From the human T2T-CHM13v2.0 reference genome, Homo sapiens, in assembly GCF_009914755.1 (NCBI RefSeq), contig NC_060930.1: a stretch of 64,000 nucleotides of DNA. One strand, written 5' to 3'. The position numbers were made by a program, and so were the translations under genes. Under the pieces are notes generated by a model. That model saw only the letters and a list, made by a program, of their open reading frames with translations. It was not told where the DNA came from and searched no databases. Below are positions 1 to 14,472 of this stretch, piece by piece (within the stretch, counting starts at the first letter, position 1; each line of letters starts with the position of its first letter).

Positions 1-350
1 ATTTATGAGGAAGTTAAAAATGCAGAAAATGTCAAGCCCATCTCTGAAGTATGATTCCCAGTTTGTATAAGATTGTCATCTTATAATATCTAAACATTAT
101 TCTTCATATTAAAAATGTTTTCACATGAAAATTCAATGATGGCATTTATGTACTCAGTGCCCATCCCTCTCAAAGAATATCCCTGTTGTTTTCTGAGGGG
201 CAGCTACTTTGATTTCACAATTTTTCTGGATTTTTTTTTTCACTTTTGTAGACATATAGCAGTGATTTACAATGATTGCCTCTAAAATAATTTAGAATCA
301 ATAGCTAGCAACTGGTACTCCTTCAGTAATGCCTCAGATTTCTGGATTGG

Positions 351-900
351 TGTGTTAGTTAGCTGTTGCCACAATAATACTGCATAATATATTACCTAAA
401 CCTGAGGGGTATTCAGGAAGTATTTATTTCTTCCTCTCAGTTTGGGTGGGGTCAGCTGGGGTTTGGCTGATCTAGGCTGCCTTCAGCTGGGCTTGGCCTC
501 AGTTGCAGGTTGGGTCTAGGTCTACTGCACCTTGATTTCATTATTCTTGAACCAAGAGCTCTGTAAGGCAGAGTCTTCCCATGGCCTTAAGTTGCAGGTT
601 GGGTCTATGTCCACTGCACCTTTATTTCATTCTTCTTGGGCCAGGAGCTATATGAGGCAGGGTCTTCTCATGGCAAAAGGCAGAGTAAATGCACCAAAGC
701 CCAACCTGGCAATAACATTTTAATCCTCTGCTAGTGTACTTCTGCTAACATACTACTTGTCAGCAAAAGTCACATGGCCAAGCCTAATAACAGTGAGGAA
801 GGAAAATATCCTTTGATTCCAGTGGTAGGTTATGCAAAGTCATATAACATATGGTATAGCTATGGGAAAGAGTATTAGAAACAATAATGCAATATACCAT
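351..900 (-). mobile_element. MaLR LTR, MLT1 family (MLT1G/H/J-like), carrying an internal 89-bp tandem duplication
   Basis: Starts tgtgttagttagctgttgcc (reverse complement of an MLT1 LTR end) and contains tctgctaacat...gtcacatggccaagcc, typical of MLT1. Boundaries approximate. Confidence 0.75.
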
Positions 901-1330
901 GTTCCACCTTCTAGATCACAATTATTCGCATGCCACCCACACACAAAATAGCTTACTTCTGTCTCATTTTGTATATAAATATAATTTTAGGAAATTCCCA
1001 TACTTTTAATCATAAGTATGAAATCAAGTTCAAATTCCAGGATCTTATTATTTATACCTGTTCCAGATGCAGTTCTTCTTGATCTGGAGGCCTGTTAATT
1101 TAAAAAAAAAGTTATCTAATGCCCCCCAACACACACTCCCAACATGTAATAGTGGAGTACTTTGGTCTGTGTGCCTCTCATTGTCCACTTTTTGAACAGA
1201 ATATTCATTGTGATTATCCTGTGAACAATCCATTCAAAAAGGGGGACAATGAGAGGCACACAGCAGTCATTGATTGGTCCATAGCAATTCTGAAAATTGC
1301 CAGGTCTTCCTATTCTGGAAGAAGGTAATG
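901..1330 (-). mobile_element. MLT1 internal (MLT1-int) remnant adjoining the LTR
   Basis: cttgatctggag, ccattcaaaaaggggga..gaggcacacagcagtca..ggtccatagcaattctgaaa match recalled MLT1-int motifs directly next to the LTR. Confidence 0.6.
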
Positions 1331-1960
1331 TTCTTTGATTAGGTGTTACTTCTGTTCCCTGGAAATTAGCTAGAGAGAAAAAGAGATTGTATCAACACTT
1401 GCCTTGGTGAATGTATTCAGAAGCCATCAGGGTCTTCAAGACAAGCAAAGAAAAAAATTTCCTTTTATTTTTGACATTTTCTGTACTTCATTAATATGAC
1501 ATCTCCTGGTACATAACTACCCAGGTCTTGAGATTTCTAAAGTTCTCAGTGATATGATCTTTTCTTTCTTTATCTTACTAATAAATACTTATTTAGGTTT
1601 TTGCCTAGGTAGCATATTTTAATGACCCAAGCATCAAAAAGTATGCAAATGTATAAAGTGAACATGTATTTCCCAATATATTTTTATTTTTCTTATCTTT
1701 TTTTACACACAGAATAGTAGTATACTATAAGTACTGCGCAATGTTCTTTTTTTCACTTAATATATATCATAGATTTTTCCATATCAGTGCATTAAGAGTG
1801 CCCTCATTTTTTAGAGCTATGTATTATTCCATTTAATGGACATACCATTATTTATTACAGGACAAATGAGGTGTTTCCAGTGTTTTTCCATTACAGATAA
1901 TTGTTGCAATGACTAATCTTGTACGTGTGTCTTTTCACACATGGGTTAATATATTTGTAA

Positions 1961-2274
<314 letters not shown>

Positions 2275-2582
2275 TGGTTTATGAGTTTTTAATTTTAAAA
2301 GAAACTACTGAATTGCCTTCAGTAGAATTTCTAACAGTACTTACTCCCACCAATAATATAAAGAGGGCTTCTTTATCTACAATCTTGTCAACACTGTGTG
2401 TTAACAAACTTTTGGAATTTGCTCAATGAAGTGAAAATGAAGTTGCTTTTCCTTTTTAAGCATGAGAGAACTTATTTCAGGTATTAGAGAAGTTTTTGCA
2501 TTTTTCTAAACAAATTTACTTTCTTATACTGGGCCTATATTTTACTGGGTTGTTGGCTTCTACTGCCTTCAGTAGATATTAG

Positions 2583-2892
2583 GGCTAGGCACAATGGCTC
2601 ACACTTATAATCCCAGCATTTTGGGAGGCCGAGGTGGGAGGAACCTTTGAGGCCAGGAGTTTGAGACCATCTTGGGCCACATAGTAAAATCCCATCTCTA
2701 GAATTAAAGAGTTAGCCATGCATGGTGATGTGAACCTGTACTCCTAGCTACTCAGAAGGCTGAGGTGGAACGATCACTTGAGCTCAGTACTTCAAGGCTA
2801 CAGTGAGCTATGATCACACCACTGCACTGTAGCCTGGGTGACAGAGCAAGACCCTGTCACTATATAAAGAAAGAAATAATAAATAAATAAAA
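2583..2892 (+). mobile_element. AluJ
   Basis: ggctaggcacaatggctcac start; J-type motifs ttgaggccaggagtttgagacc and gctacagtgagctatgatcacacc; A-rich tail. Confidence 0.92.
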
Positions 2893-4069
2893 GATAAGTG
2901 AATATTCTGTAGGACCTGCATATATGCCAAGGAAATTAGTCCTTTTTAGGTTAATTGAATTGTAAATATTTTTTGTATTATTGACTTTACTTATATTTTA
3001 AACAACTATTTAGATTTTTTTTTGTTTTCTTTAATATGGATTAATTTATTAGTTTTTCTATTATGGCTTTTAAATTTTAGGAAATAGAAAGGCCTTCCAC
3101 CACTTTGAGGTTATAAAAAGAATTCTCCTGTACATTTATTCTAGTACTTTTGTTATTTTATTTTGTTACATTACTCTCTGATCCTTTCAGAATTTGTTCT
3201 GGTGTAATGTAAGATAGGGATTCAACTTTTTTCTGTATGGCCACCCAGTTGTCTTAGCACCATTTATTGTATAGCTCATCTTTTCTATACACATATGAAA
3301 TGCCACTTTTATCATATACCAAAATTTCATTTATTTTTTGTGTCTGTAACTTTATATTTTGCTTATTAAATTTACATCTCTATTCATGCAGTAGCTTCAT
3401 ATCATTTTAATTACTGAGGCTTTATGGTGTTTTATGTGGTAGAGTTACTCATTCTTCATTACACTTTTTTCAGAATTTTCCTGGCTGCTCTTGTTTGTTT
3501 CTTTTTCCATATAAACTTTAGAATGAGTTTATTTTGTTCTGAGAAAAAAAAAAAGTATTGACATTCAGGGTGCCATTACATTTACAAATTAGCTGTGAAA
3601 GGATGAATGTTTTTATGGTACATTTTCTTATCCAAGAACATAGTACGCATTTCTATTTATGTATTTTATGTCCCTTAGAAGCATCTTAAAAGCTTTCTTC
3701 ATATGGTTCTTGCATATTTCTCATTAAGTGTTTTTCTATTTCTGATTCTATTTATGGCTTAGCATATGTGATACTAAAAAGGAAGGACTCCAGCTGTTTT
3801 AACCCTGGCTCTACCTCCAAATTCCCACAGATTAGAAGAAACAGATAGATGTTATAAGTAAGCAGATAAAAGTTTTAAGTGAAAATGAGAGGACAGGTGG
3901 GTAGAGATAGCATATTAGGTGCTAACTAGTTTTTGTCATCCCATCCAAGGAAAGCCACCAGATTTGTCTGGCACACACAACATGGGCAAAGCACAATGGA
4001 GATAGAAAGGACTCAGAAGGCAGAGCAGTTGTCATTTAGAAGCAGAAAAGCAGTGGATCCAAGAATTTT

Positions 4070-4530
4070 TATTAGGCTTGGCTCCATATAAAAGCTATCC
4101 CAAATAACAGTGTCTTTCAACACAATAAAGGTTTATTTTTCTCTCATGTAAATGAGTTATGGGTATAGGCATTCCAACACTGTTATGGGACTAACTTACG
4201 CATCTGTGATTCAGGCTTCTTTTTTTCCCTCATTACTATCTTTAGTGTGTGATCTCCATCCCCAAGTTTGCCTCATGGTTCATGATGGCTGCTTAAGCTC
4301 TCACCAACATGCACATTTCAGGCATGAGGACAAAGAAAAGAGGAGTTAGGAAAAATGTGTGTACCTTCAAGTGAAGCCGGTTCTCTTCTAATACTTTCCA
4401 AGAAGTCCCACTCTGTCACTCATCTCCTCCTTAAGTGTACAAGAGGTTGCTCCCAACAATATAGAGATTCTGTTACTAAGGAACAAGGAGAGAATGGATT
4501 TTGGGGAGACAACTTCCAGTCCTGCCACGA
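4070..4530 (-). mobile_element. Degraded MLT1 (J/K-like) LTR
   Basis: cccaaataacagtg...aaggtttatttttctctcatgtaa and cctcatggttcatgatggctgc are MLT1J/K-like motifs. Confidence 0.55.
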
Positions 4531-4814
4531 GGAACAAACCTTCAAAAAATTATATCCTCCAAACATGTTGAGAAGTGAGAAGGAAAATACCAAGAAGAAA
4601 ATAGGAAAGTGAATAAAATGAGTACAGTTCAATTAGTTATCATGTTTTAGAATAATTTAAGACAAACTAGTGCTCAGAAAAACCTGAGCTAGATATTGCT
4701 GCTTTGATTTTGTAGTTTTTGAGCTTGAAAATGTGTTCAAGAGTAATTGAATCACATGTTCCCTTTTTTCCTTTGGAATTGGAACCTCAGTAAGGGGTTA
4801 AAATACAATCCCCA

Positions 4815-6500
4815 ACAAGTACAGTTGGTACAGGGGTCACAAAGATGATTAAGACATAGTCCCTGCCTTGAGTAATATGCAATCTAGTGTGGAAGGCAAA
4901 TAGATACAGAGATACTTCTAGTGTGGAGTGAGGAGTGATCTGACAGAGGTGAGCTCAGGGTAAGAGGGACCACATATTACAGGAACCTGAGGAAGCCTGA
5001 GTAGGGGAGTAGCATTAGGAAGGGGAGGGGAGGTGGAAATTGCACTGAGTCCCAAAGGATCAGTTGCAGGGGAGGGTGTGGATGTATATGAGGGAAGGGG
5101 AGGAGGTGGTGGGAGGATAGAATTAGTTAGCTAAAGAGAAGAGCCAACGGGCAGAGAACTTGCCCAGCAAGAACAGAGTGTGTGAAGTCTAGCAAGTGAA
5201 AGAGAGTGCGGTTTATTCAAGGGCTTTGCCCACTCTTATGTCTATCTTCAGTTGGGAATGACTGAAGAGATGAAAGTGGAGAGGAAGCCACTGGGACTAG
5301 ATCATAAAGGGTCTTTGGGACAAACTACTTGATTTTTCCATTATGCTTGAGTGCAGGAATCACTGGAGGACTTGAAGCAGGGATGTGGTGTGCTCAGACT
5401 TGCATTTCAGAAAAATGAATATAGAGGTACAGTGAGAATGGGTTGGAGGTCAGCAAGATTCAAAGAAAAGAGTACTAAAGAGGCACATTAGACAAGAAAT
5501 GATGAGAGCTTAAACAAAGTAAAGAGTGGCAAGTGACTTGCAAGTCCTTAAGGCGGGAGAAGGGGAAAGAAACTACAGTATTTGGCATGGACTGAATCAG
5601 GAAGTGGGGAAAATGGGGGAAAGAAAGGAGGAGGATGCTCCAGTGTCTGTCCTGGACAACTATGTGAAAAGTATTACTCTTCATAAAGAAGTGAAAACAG
5701 GAAGGAAAGTAGATTTTGTAGCAAAAATAAGGTGTGTTCAGTTTTCTGTGAAATGGGGTTAAGATGCTAGTTGGACATTCACATGGGACTAGAGAAGGTT
5801 TGAACTTAGGAAAAGAACTGGGCTGAAGAAATAAGTTTAAGGGTAGCCTTAAGCCATGCTGTGACTAAGCCACGGTGAGTAGGGTAGGGTGAAAGGAGGA
5901 CAGAACTATGAATAATACAACATTTAGGAACAGGAGGATGAGTGAATAAAGGAGACAGAGAAGGAACCAAAAACAAGGAGAAGTGAAACTAGGCAATAGT
6001 AGCACTGTAGAAGTAAAGAAAAACACTTCAAATACTATAGATGTCAAGTAAAGTAAGAGCCACCATACTTATTGGATTTAGCCATAAAAAGATCATTGAG
6101 GAACAACGCAAGGTAGCTTTAGCAGAAAGATAAGGATGAGGAGTGCATGAGCACCAAGGAAGATAAATGTAAAATACTTTCAAGCAGTGATGCTCACTGA
6201 GTTAGGGAGAAGTTAGACTTTATGTCCATCTTTTTAAAAATGGAAGAGTCATGAGCAAGTTTAAAGCCATACAAAGGTGAGAGACAGACAGTATAAGAAA
6301 GAGAGGAGATGCTGAAGCAAGTTTCTGAGAAGTTAGCAGCAAGAGGAATTTGGAGAATACGTGAAAGGATTAACCTTGAACCTCCAGTGTAAGAGGAAGA
6401 AAGAAAACCTGGATAAGTGTGGCTAAGAGGCTCCTAAGTGCTGGGGAGGACAGCAAGGACAGCAACTGTACATCTTAATGGTTTCTAATGGGTAATTGAG
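4815..6500 (-). mobile_element. LINE-2 fragments
   Basis: aagacatagtccctgccttgag..atctagt, actagatcataaagggtctttg, ttggatttagcc: purine-rich antisense L2 signature. Confidence 0.65.
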
Positions 6501-6997
6501 GAATGAGTTGCCTAGGAGCAGATCCTGCATCAGTCCTGCAGCCCCATGAGGCTGAAGATTTGGAATTTGTACTTCCTCCAGTCCACGTGGCTATGTCATT
6601 TTCTCCATTAGTGCTCTACTCAGTAATTCAGGTATAAGGTAGCTGAGAACAGTTTGATTTACACAGGGTTGAAGTTCTCCCAAATAGGTGTGAAGGGAGG
6701 ATAAGGGACAAGGAAGGACAAGAGACTTGTTGGTTTGGGCAATAAAGTGGCTACATTGGAAAGAGAATGAAGACAAAAGACCAACATGGTTAATTGTGTG
6801 GGATGGGCTTGAGATTAGATCTTGTTGATATTTAAAAATTAATTAAAGTCAAAGTGAGAAGCGAGCTGTAACTTTGATTGCAGAGGAGCTTTGTAATACT
6901 GTGATTTCCTTCTCAAGTTCAAGACTGAAAAATGTTATTTAATTGAATGTTAAATTGTTATTGCTTGATCCAAAATGACTTAACACAAATTTTTTAA

Positions 6998-7275
<278 letters not shown>

Positions 7276-8785
7276 TGATGTTTGAGACTTTTATTTGTGC
7301 TGTGGTTTCAAATCCCCCTTTTGATACCCAGTTAAGATTAATCCTTTTTACTTACAAGCTATTATTCTACTTCATAGGCATATAAACTTTTATTGCAGTA
7401 GAGCCCAGAAAAACTGGTGGATGATGTTGCAATTTATATATCACAAACTACAATAATTTTAGGTTCTGTCATATAATTTTAGTAATTTTATTTAAAATTT
7501 AAGATTACCCAGTTTAGGCCCTGTAGTAACAGAATAACTTCTTCAGAGATCAATTTTCTCAGCTATAAAATCAAGAGACTAGATTGCTTGTTAACTCTAC
7601 TTCTATGATTCTTTATTTTAATCTAATTTTCAATTTCACTTCAACTTCATGATAATTCTAATATCAGTCAATTAACTGTGCACAGTTACAAATTCTGTAA
7701 CTCAGTCTCTAAGCCTTCTACATTGGCACAAGAGGAAGGCCATTGGTTAGAAGAGAAGTCAAGTGACTACTTGTGGATAGTTTAGCAAATATCTAACATA
7801 CTGGAAAAAAATTCAAGATGCAAGGCTTGCTGTTGGATAACTTGGTGATCAAAAAAACTCTTTTCTTAGACTAAATATCTAATGACAATTGATTATTATA
7901 ACCTATATTTAAGCTTAAAACTAGCAGTATCTGTAGGATGGTTCTCCTGAAAGAATTATACAGTTCAGTACATGTATGGACAAGGCTGCACCTTCAGAAT
8001 TAAGTATTTTATTTCAGCAGAATCCAATATGAAAATTACCATTTCTTTCAAGAAAAGCATTGAAGACATTATTTGCATTTTAGATGTTTTCAAATGACAT
8101 ATTTTGAAGACTAGGTTGAAGCCATTGTTATAATAAACAGCTTCCAATGTTTCTCTTAAAAGAGTTATACTTTTTGTATACAATAGAGTACTACTAATAT
8201 TTTTAATGTCTTAATAATGCACTAAATATAGTGTCTTTAAACTATCTTCATAAAAAATGACTATGTATCTTTAAATAAAGAAAAATCTTAATTTTTAGAA
8301 CTATTTTTCATTTTTTTCAAAACTTAAAGTTTTGAATTAGTGAGTTTCAAGCACAACACAACTTGTCATTCCTCTAGATTTAGAATTCAGATTACTATTG
8401 GTGACTAGTAGTTAGAAGGGTCTTCTATTAAACAAATTGGATTGTTTTTATTTTTAAGAATTTTATAAATGTAGTCATTTTAGATGCTTTGAAAAATGAA
8501 GAAGCTTTCATCTCTCTTCTAATTTGTATAAAGGCTTTGTTTATATAACAAGTAGAAATTTAACATTTTTCTAGCATTTTAAAATAAATTTGAAAAACTA
8601 CTTAGACAATATTATTTTTATCTTTTTAAGCTAAAAACTTAAAAACAAATTTTTATGGCAGAATGTGTATAGCTAGTGTAGCAATTTCAAAACTGGATAT
8701 TTATTTTATTTTTGTTTCTTTTTTGTTAATAGTCTTTTTTAAGAAACATGAAACTCACAATTTAAGATTCATGCACATATGTGTG

Positions 8786-8792
<7 letters not shown>

Positions 8793-8816
<24 letters not shown>
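8793..8816 (+). repeat. (AC)12 microsatellite
   Basis: Direct reading. Confidence 0.95.
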
Positions 8817-8834
8817 GGATTCCCCAATTCAAAT

Positions 8835-9505
<671 letters not shown>

Positions 9506-9597
9506 GTAAAAAAAGATTTCAAAGGAAAAAATTTACGTAGGCAATATGTAAAGGTGAAAGTATTATCATTTTCTGTTTAAAAATACTTTAAATTTGA

Positions 9598-9977
<380 letters not shown>

Positions 9978-10580
9978 TAGTAGTAACAGTTTGATCATAA
10001 CTTTCATCATATATATTATTTAATGTTAGTAAAATATTTATAATGAAAGAAGAAAAAATACGTAATTGTTATGATATGTCTAATCAGCAATCAAACAAAG
10101 CTTGCACTGCCTCTGGTGGGACAACAATATACAAAGGATAAAGGTGTGTGACTTCTATCCAGAAAACACAGGTGATTTTTTTTTTTCTCTTGGAAAGCCA
10201 CCAGCCTGGTGCAGTTAGAAGCATTTCCTGAGAGTGTCTGAGAGAAGGCTTGGGTGGACATTGGAGGGTGGTGTTCTACCTGCGAATTTTGGCTCATTAG
10301 TAGGGCTTGATATCAATTTAGTGGATAGAGAACTACATATTGGTTTTTGTTTGTTTACTTTTGTATCATATATTTTGGAAACTTTTCCTTTTACATTTAA
10401 ATGCTAATGAAATCACATTCCCTATTGACTTTCTTATATTTGTACTTTATCATAATACTTATAGGTAAGTATTGTTTCATGAAACTTGTCTCAGTTTTAT
10501 CTGCAGGGAAGGTGCAAGGTGGAGAGGTAGAAGGACAGAGGAGAGGAAAGGAGAGCAAGAATATAAAATTTGTTACTTGG

Positions 10581-10867
10581 GGCTGGGCGCAGTGGCTCAC
10601 ACCTCTAATCCCAGCACTTTGGGAGGCCGAGGTGGGTGGATCACAAGGTCAGGAGATCAAGACCATCCTGGCTAACACGGTGAAACCCCATCTCTACTAA
10701 AAATACAAAAAATTAGCCGGGCGTGGTGGCGGGCGCCCACCAACTACTCAGGAGGCTGAGGCAGGAGAATGGCGTGAACCCACGAGGTGGAGCCTGCAGT
10801 GAGCCGAGAGCATGCCACTGCACTCCAGCCTGGGCGACAAAGCAAGACTCCATTTCAAAAAAAAAAA
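10581..10867 (+). mobile_element. AluY/Sc-type
   Basis: gatcacaaggtcaggagatcaagaccatcctggctaacacgg and agaatggcgtgaacc; TSD aaaatttgttactt on both sides. Confidence 0.92.
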
Positions 10868-11342
10868 TTTGTTACTTATGGTTTGGGTGAAAAAACTTTG
10901 AAAAGTAATACCTTACAGGGCAAAAATAATCTGTTGACAAGACAGGACTCAAAATGTTGACTTTCCACGTTTCTCAGATTCAAAACAGCCTCAGGCCCTT
11001 GTGACCTCATTCACCAGAAGTTCTTGGGCTGCTTTCAATTCCCAGAGACTTCATTATAGAATCCAGATATTCTGGTGTGTAAAAAAAAATTATTCTCTAA
11101 ATTACTATAAATATATTAAAATATTATATTACACTTTAGGTTCTCAACTTTGTCCATTTACTATTTTTTAGTATATCTAAAACAGTATGCGAATAAACTG
11201 GTAAGACTTTCAGTTCACAGATTCGTTATAATATCTTATGTTTCTTTATTTCTTTCTGCTGTTGTATTGATTTATGACGTTATTTTCCATGGTCAATTAC
11301 AAGAATTTGCATGGTAGTATAGAAAAAAAAATTTAAGAAATT

Positions 11343-11935
11343 AGGGCAACCAAGATGTCCTTCAGTAGGTGAATGGGTTAATGAACTGTGGCACATTCAG
11401 ACAATGGAATATTATTCAGGGCAAAAAAAATAAGGTATCACATCGTGAAAAGACATGGAGGAACGTTCAATGCATATTACTAAGTGAAAGAAGCCAATCT
11501 GAAAAGGCTATATGCTGTATGATTCCAACTATATGACATTCTGGAAACAGCAAAACTATAGGGATAGTTAAAACATCAGTGGTTGCCAGGGGTTAGGGAG
11601 AAGGAGGGATGATGAGGCAGAACCCGGAGGATTTTTAGGGCAATGAAACTACTCCATGTGATACTATTATTATGTGAATATGTTATACATTTGTCAAAAC
11701 CCATATAATGTACAACACCAAGATTGAACCCTAATGTAAACCATGGACTTTGGGTGATAATGATGGGTCAGTGTAGGTTCGTTGATTGTAACCAATGTTC
11801 CAGTTTGGTGGGGGATCTCAATAGTGGAGAAAGCTGTACCTTGTGTGGAGCCACCGGGTATATGGGAGCGCTATACTTTTGCTCAATTTTGCTGTGGACC
11901 TAAAAGTGCTCTTGAAAATGCAGTTTATTTTAAGT
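11343..11935 (+). mobile_element. L1MC-type 3' end
   Basis: caaccaagatgtccttcagtaggtgaatgg, gaaagaagccaatctgaaaaggcta, aaccctaatgtaaaccatggactttggg. Confidence 0.85.
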
Positions 11936-12594
11936 AAAAGAAAGGAATTATGAATTAATATGAGAATTGCAAAAAGGATATAATTGTGGGGGAATTATAG
12001 AAATCAGCTACGTAATTCCATGGAGTAGCTCTGCTGAAAGTCTAACGATATGCTATGTCCAAAGGACTGAAGCAACTATCTGGGGTATGCTATGGGGGCC
12101 AACACAGAAGACATGGAAAAAAATCTTAAATTTTACCACATCCTGTTCTATCAATGACCTTTCCACCAACTGCTTATTTTAGTTTTACTCTGCTTCATCT
12201 CTATTGCTTCTGAACTTCCTTTTCATTTCATAACAGAAACTCTGAGCCTTTGCCGCCTCACTAAATTTCATTTTAAAACCTATTCTTTCTTAGAAATGAT
12301 AATACAGAAACCACTTTTTACAAATACAACATTTAAAGAAAATCACAGTCACCTAAATAATCTGTTTCTGTATCAGAGAAGGCAGTGGACCTACAGACGG
12401 TCTGTTCAGTCAGCTGAGGATTTAGGACTGAGGAACTGTTAATTCCCACAGCAGCTCTACTGACTATTCGATAGTCCCAGGACCTGAAGTCTTTCAGAGT
12501 CTGCTTCATGCACTATAAATATATAAAATGAGAAAATAAAATTAATTATTGTGTTTTAAGAATATTTATAGCACTGTAAGTTTAGGCTATTATA

Positions 12595-12752
12595 TTAATT
12601 ATCTATCTCTGGGTAACAAGATACCATAAACTTGCTGCCTCAGAGGCACATAAATTTATTATCTCACAGATTCTCGAGGTCAGGACTGTAGGCAAGACTT
12701 ACTTGGATTATCTGCTCAGGGTCTCACTTGGTTGAAATCAAGGTGTTGGCCA
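12595..12752 (-). mobile_element. MLT1 LTR fragment (D/E/F-like)
   Basis: aaatttattatctcacag..ctgctcagggtctcac..gaaatcaaggtgttggc. Confidence 0.65.
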
Positions 12753-14146
12753 CTAACAAACTGAGGTACCAGAGAAATTGTTTTTCCAAGTGTTTATTAC
12801 AGTAATCCCCTAGGCTTCTCAATAAGTTTCAGTGTCTTCCCTGGATAGTGACATTGCAGAGAGCTACTGTCATTTTTTCAACTATCTTCAGTTCAAAAAT
12901 ATTTACTAAGTACTTCTTATTTGCCAGTTTAAAGCATTGGAAGTAAGAGACAAATCAGAGGACCTGTTCTCAGGGAACATATGATCTACTAGCAAAGCAA
13001 ACTGGGGGAATGATGTGAAGGGAGACCAAGTCTGAGTCATTTTGAGAAGAGAACGGAAACTCAGAGTGGCTGTCCGGTTCAGTTTGTCTTGAGAGAAACA
13101 TCCCTGCTAGTGAGTAACTAAAATTCTCTGCAGATGTTACATTTGCCATGAGTACCTGTTACATTTGGAGACTGAAGCAGTCTGCAGAGGTTATCCAAAT
13201 TGAAAGCTAAAATGAGATTCTCAAAGAAAGATTAAGTCCAAATAGCAATTTTATGGCAGGGTTTGTGGAGGATCTGGGGAGAGATCACAGGCAATGGATA
13301 TAGTTGAGCAATATAGTTGTATTCACCCAGCCCATAAGGGAGATGAAATTCTGACAAGGGTATCATAGGGTGAATGAAGACTTCTCCAAGCAGAGTTATG
13401 CAGATGGATGAAAAGATTCTAGGAAGTTGGATTGTGTGCTGAAAGTGTCAGCAAGCTGCTGGTGCCATTTTGTGCCCTGAACCCTATAGGTAGATCCCTA
13501 AGGATTTCAGCTGCTAAGCCCTTAAGTCCTGTTAGCCCTTGTCTCCTTCTCCAGTCTCCTTTACCTGCCCTCTAATTACGACTTTATTGATGCTGATTGA
13601 GCATCTTTTGGGAGGGAGACCTAGGAATTGTTCTGAGTTGTTCACTGTGTTTGCAGTGTAATGACCCTTGGTGCCAAAGTAACACCATTAGAGGGCTCTT
13701 TCCTGGTGAAAAACTTAAAAGTGTCAGGATGACATTGGTCACCTATAAATTAGGGAAGAGAGTGCAGATGAGAATTCAGGTGAAGTCAATGATGTCTTGC
13801 CCTTTTCCTGAGGGCGAAATACAGGAGTTGGGATGTTTAGAAAAGCTGAATAGGCAACGAGTTGAACTTTGATTGGCATGAGCTTGAATGTCAGATTGCC
13901 CAGTGAAAATGTTCTGAAAAGAAGCTCCATGGTTAAGGTGTCAAAGTGTCACATCAGTGAATACAATGTTTCCTTTTCTGTGGCTTTTCTAATAATAATG
14001 AATAGCCAGGAAGATTTTGTGGTTTACTTGCAGAGATGGCACCCCATGACTTTCTGTCACCTTTGGGAGCCAGCCTGTAAGAGAGTCCCAAAGGTGAAGA
14101 GACTTTCTCTCACCTGGGAGAGTAGGGGTCCCAATGTCTCGTAGGG

Positions 14147-14320
14147 CAGTGTTTCTCAAACTTACATGAGCATATGAATCACCTGGGACTCTTACTAAGA
14201 TGCAGGGTCTGATGTAGTAGGTTAGAGAGTTGGAGGAGGTGAAAAGAAAAATTTGCATTTCAAACAAGTTTCCAAGTTATTCAGGTGCTTCTGGTCCATA
14301 ATCTTCATTTTAAGTAACAA
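14147..14320. mobile_element. MER5-family hAT MITE
   Basis: cagtgtttctcaaactt..gaatcacctggga..atttgcatttcaaacaag. Confidence 0.7.
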
Positions 14321-14418
14321 AACTTTGGAGCATTAGAATAGGAAAGACATACCTTAGATGATGTTATTGTGGCCTTGATATACTATAAAGCCACAAAATG
14401 AGAGGAAACATAGCTTAC

Positions 14419-14472
14419 CCCATTAGCTGATGTATGAATTAAGAAAAGAACGATTCAGGATCACTTACAGAT
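14419..14472 (-). other. Candidate 54-nt non-coding exon
   Basis: Minus-strand acceptor ttttgtttttttctcatag| and donor GGG|gtaagc; stops in all three frames. Confidence 0.2.

Noticed and set aside
5000-5120. G-run clusters (also 43683-43718) as G-quadruplexes
   Set aside because: Irregular purine-rich runs within or beside antisense L2 remnants, with no functional context.
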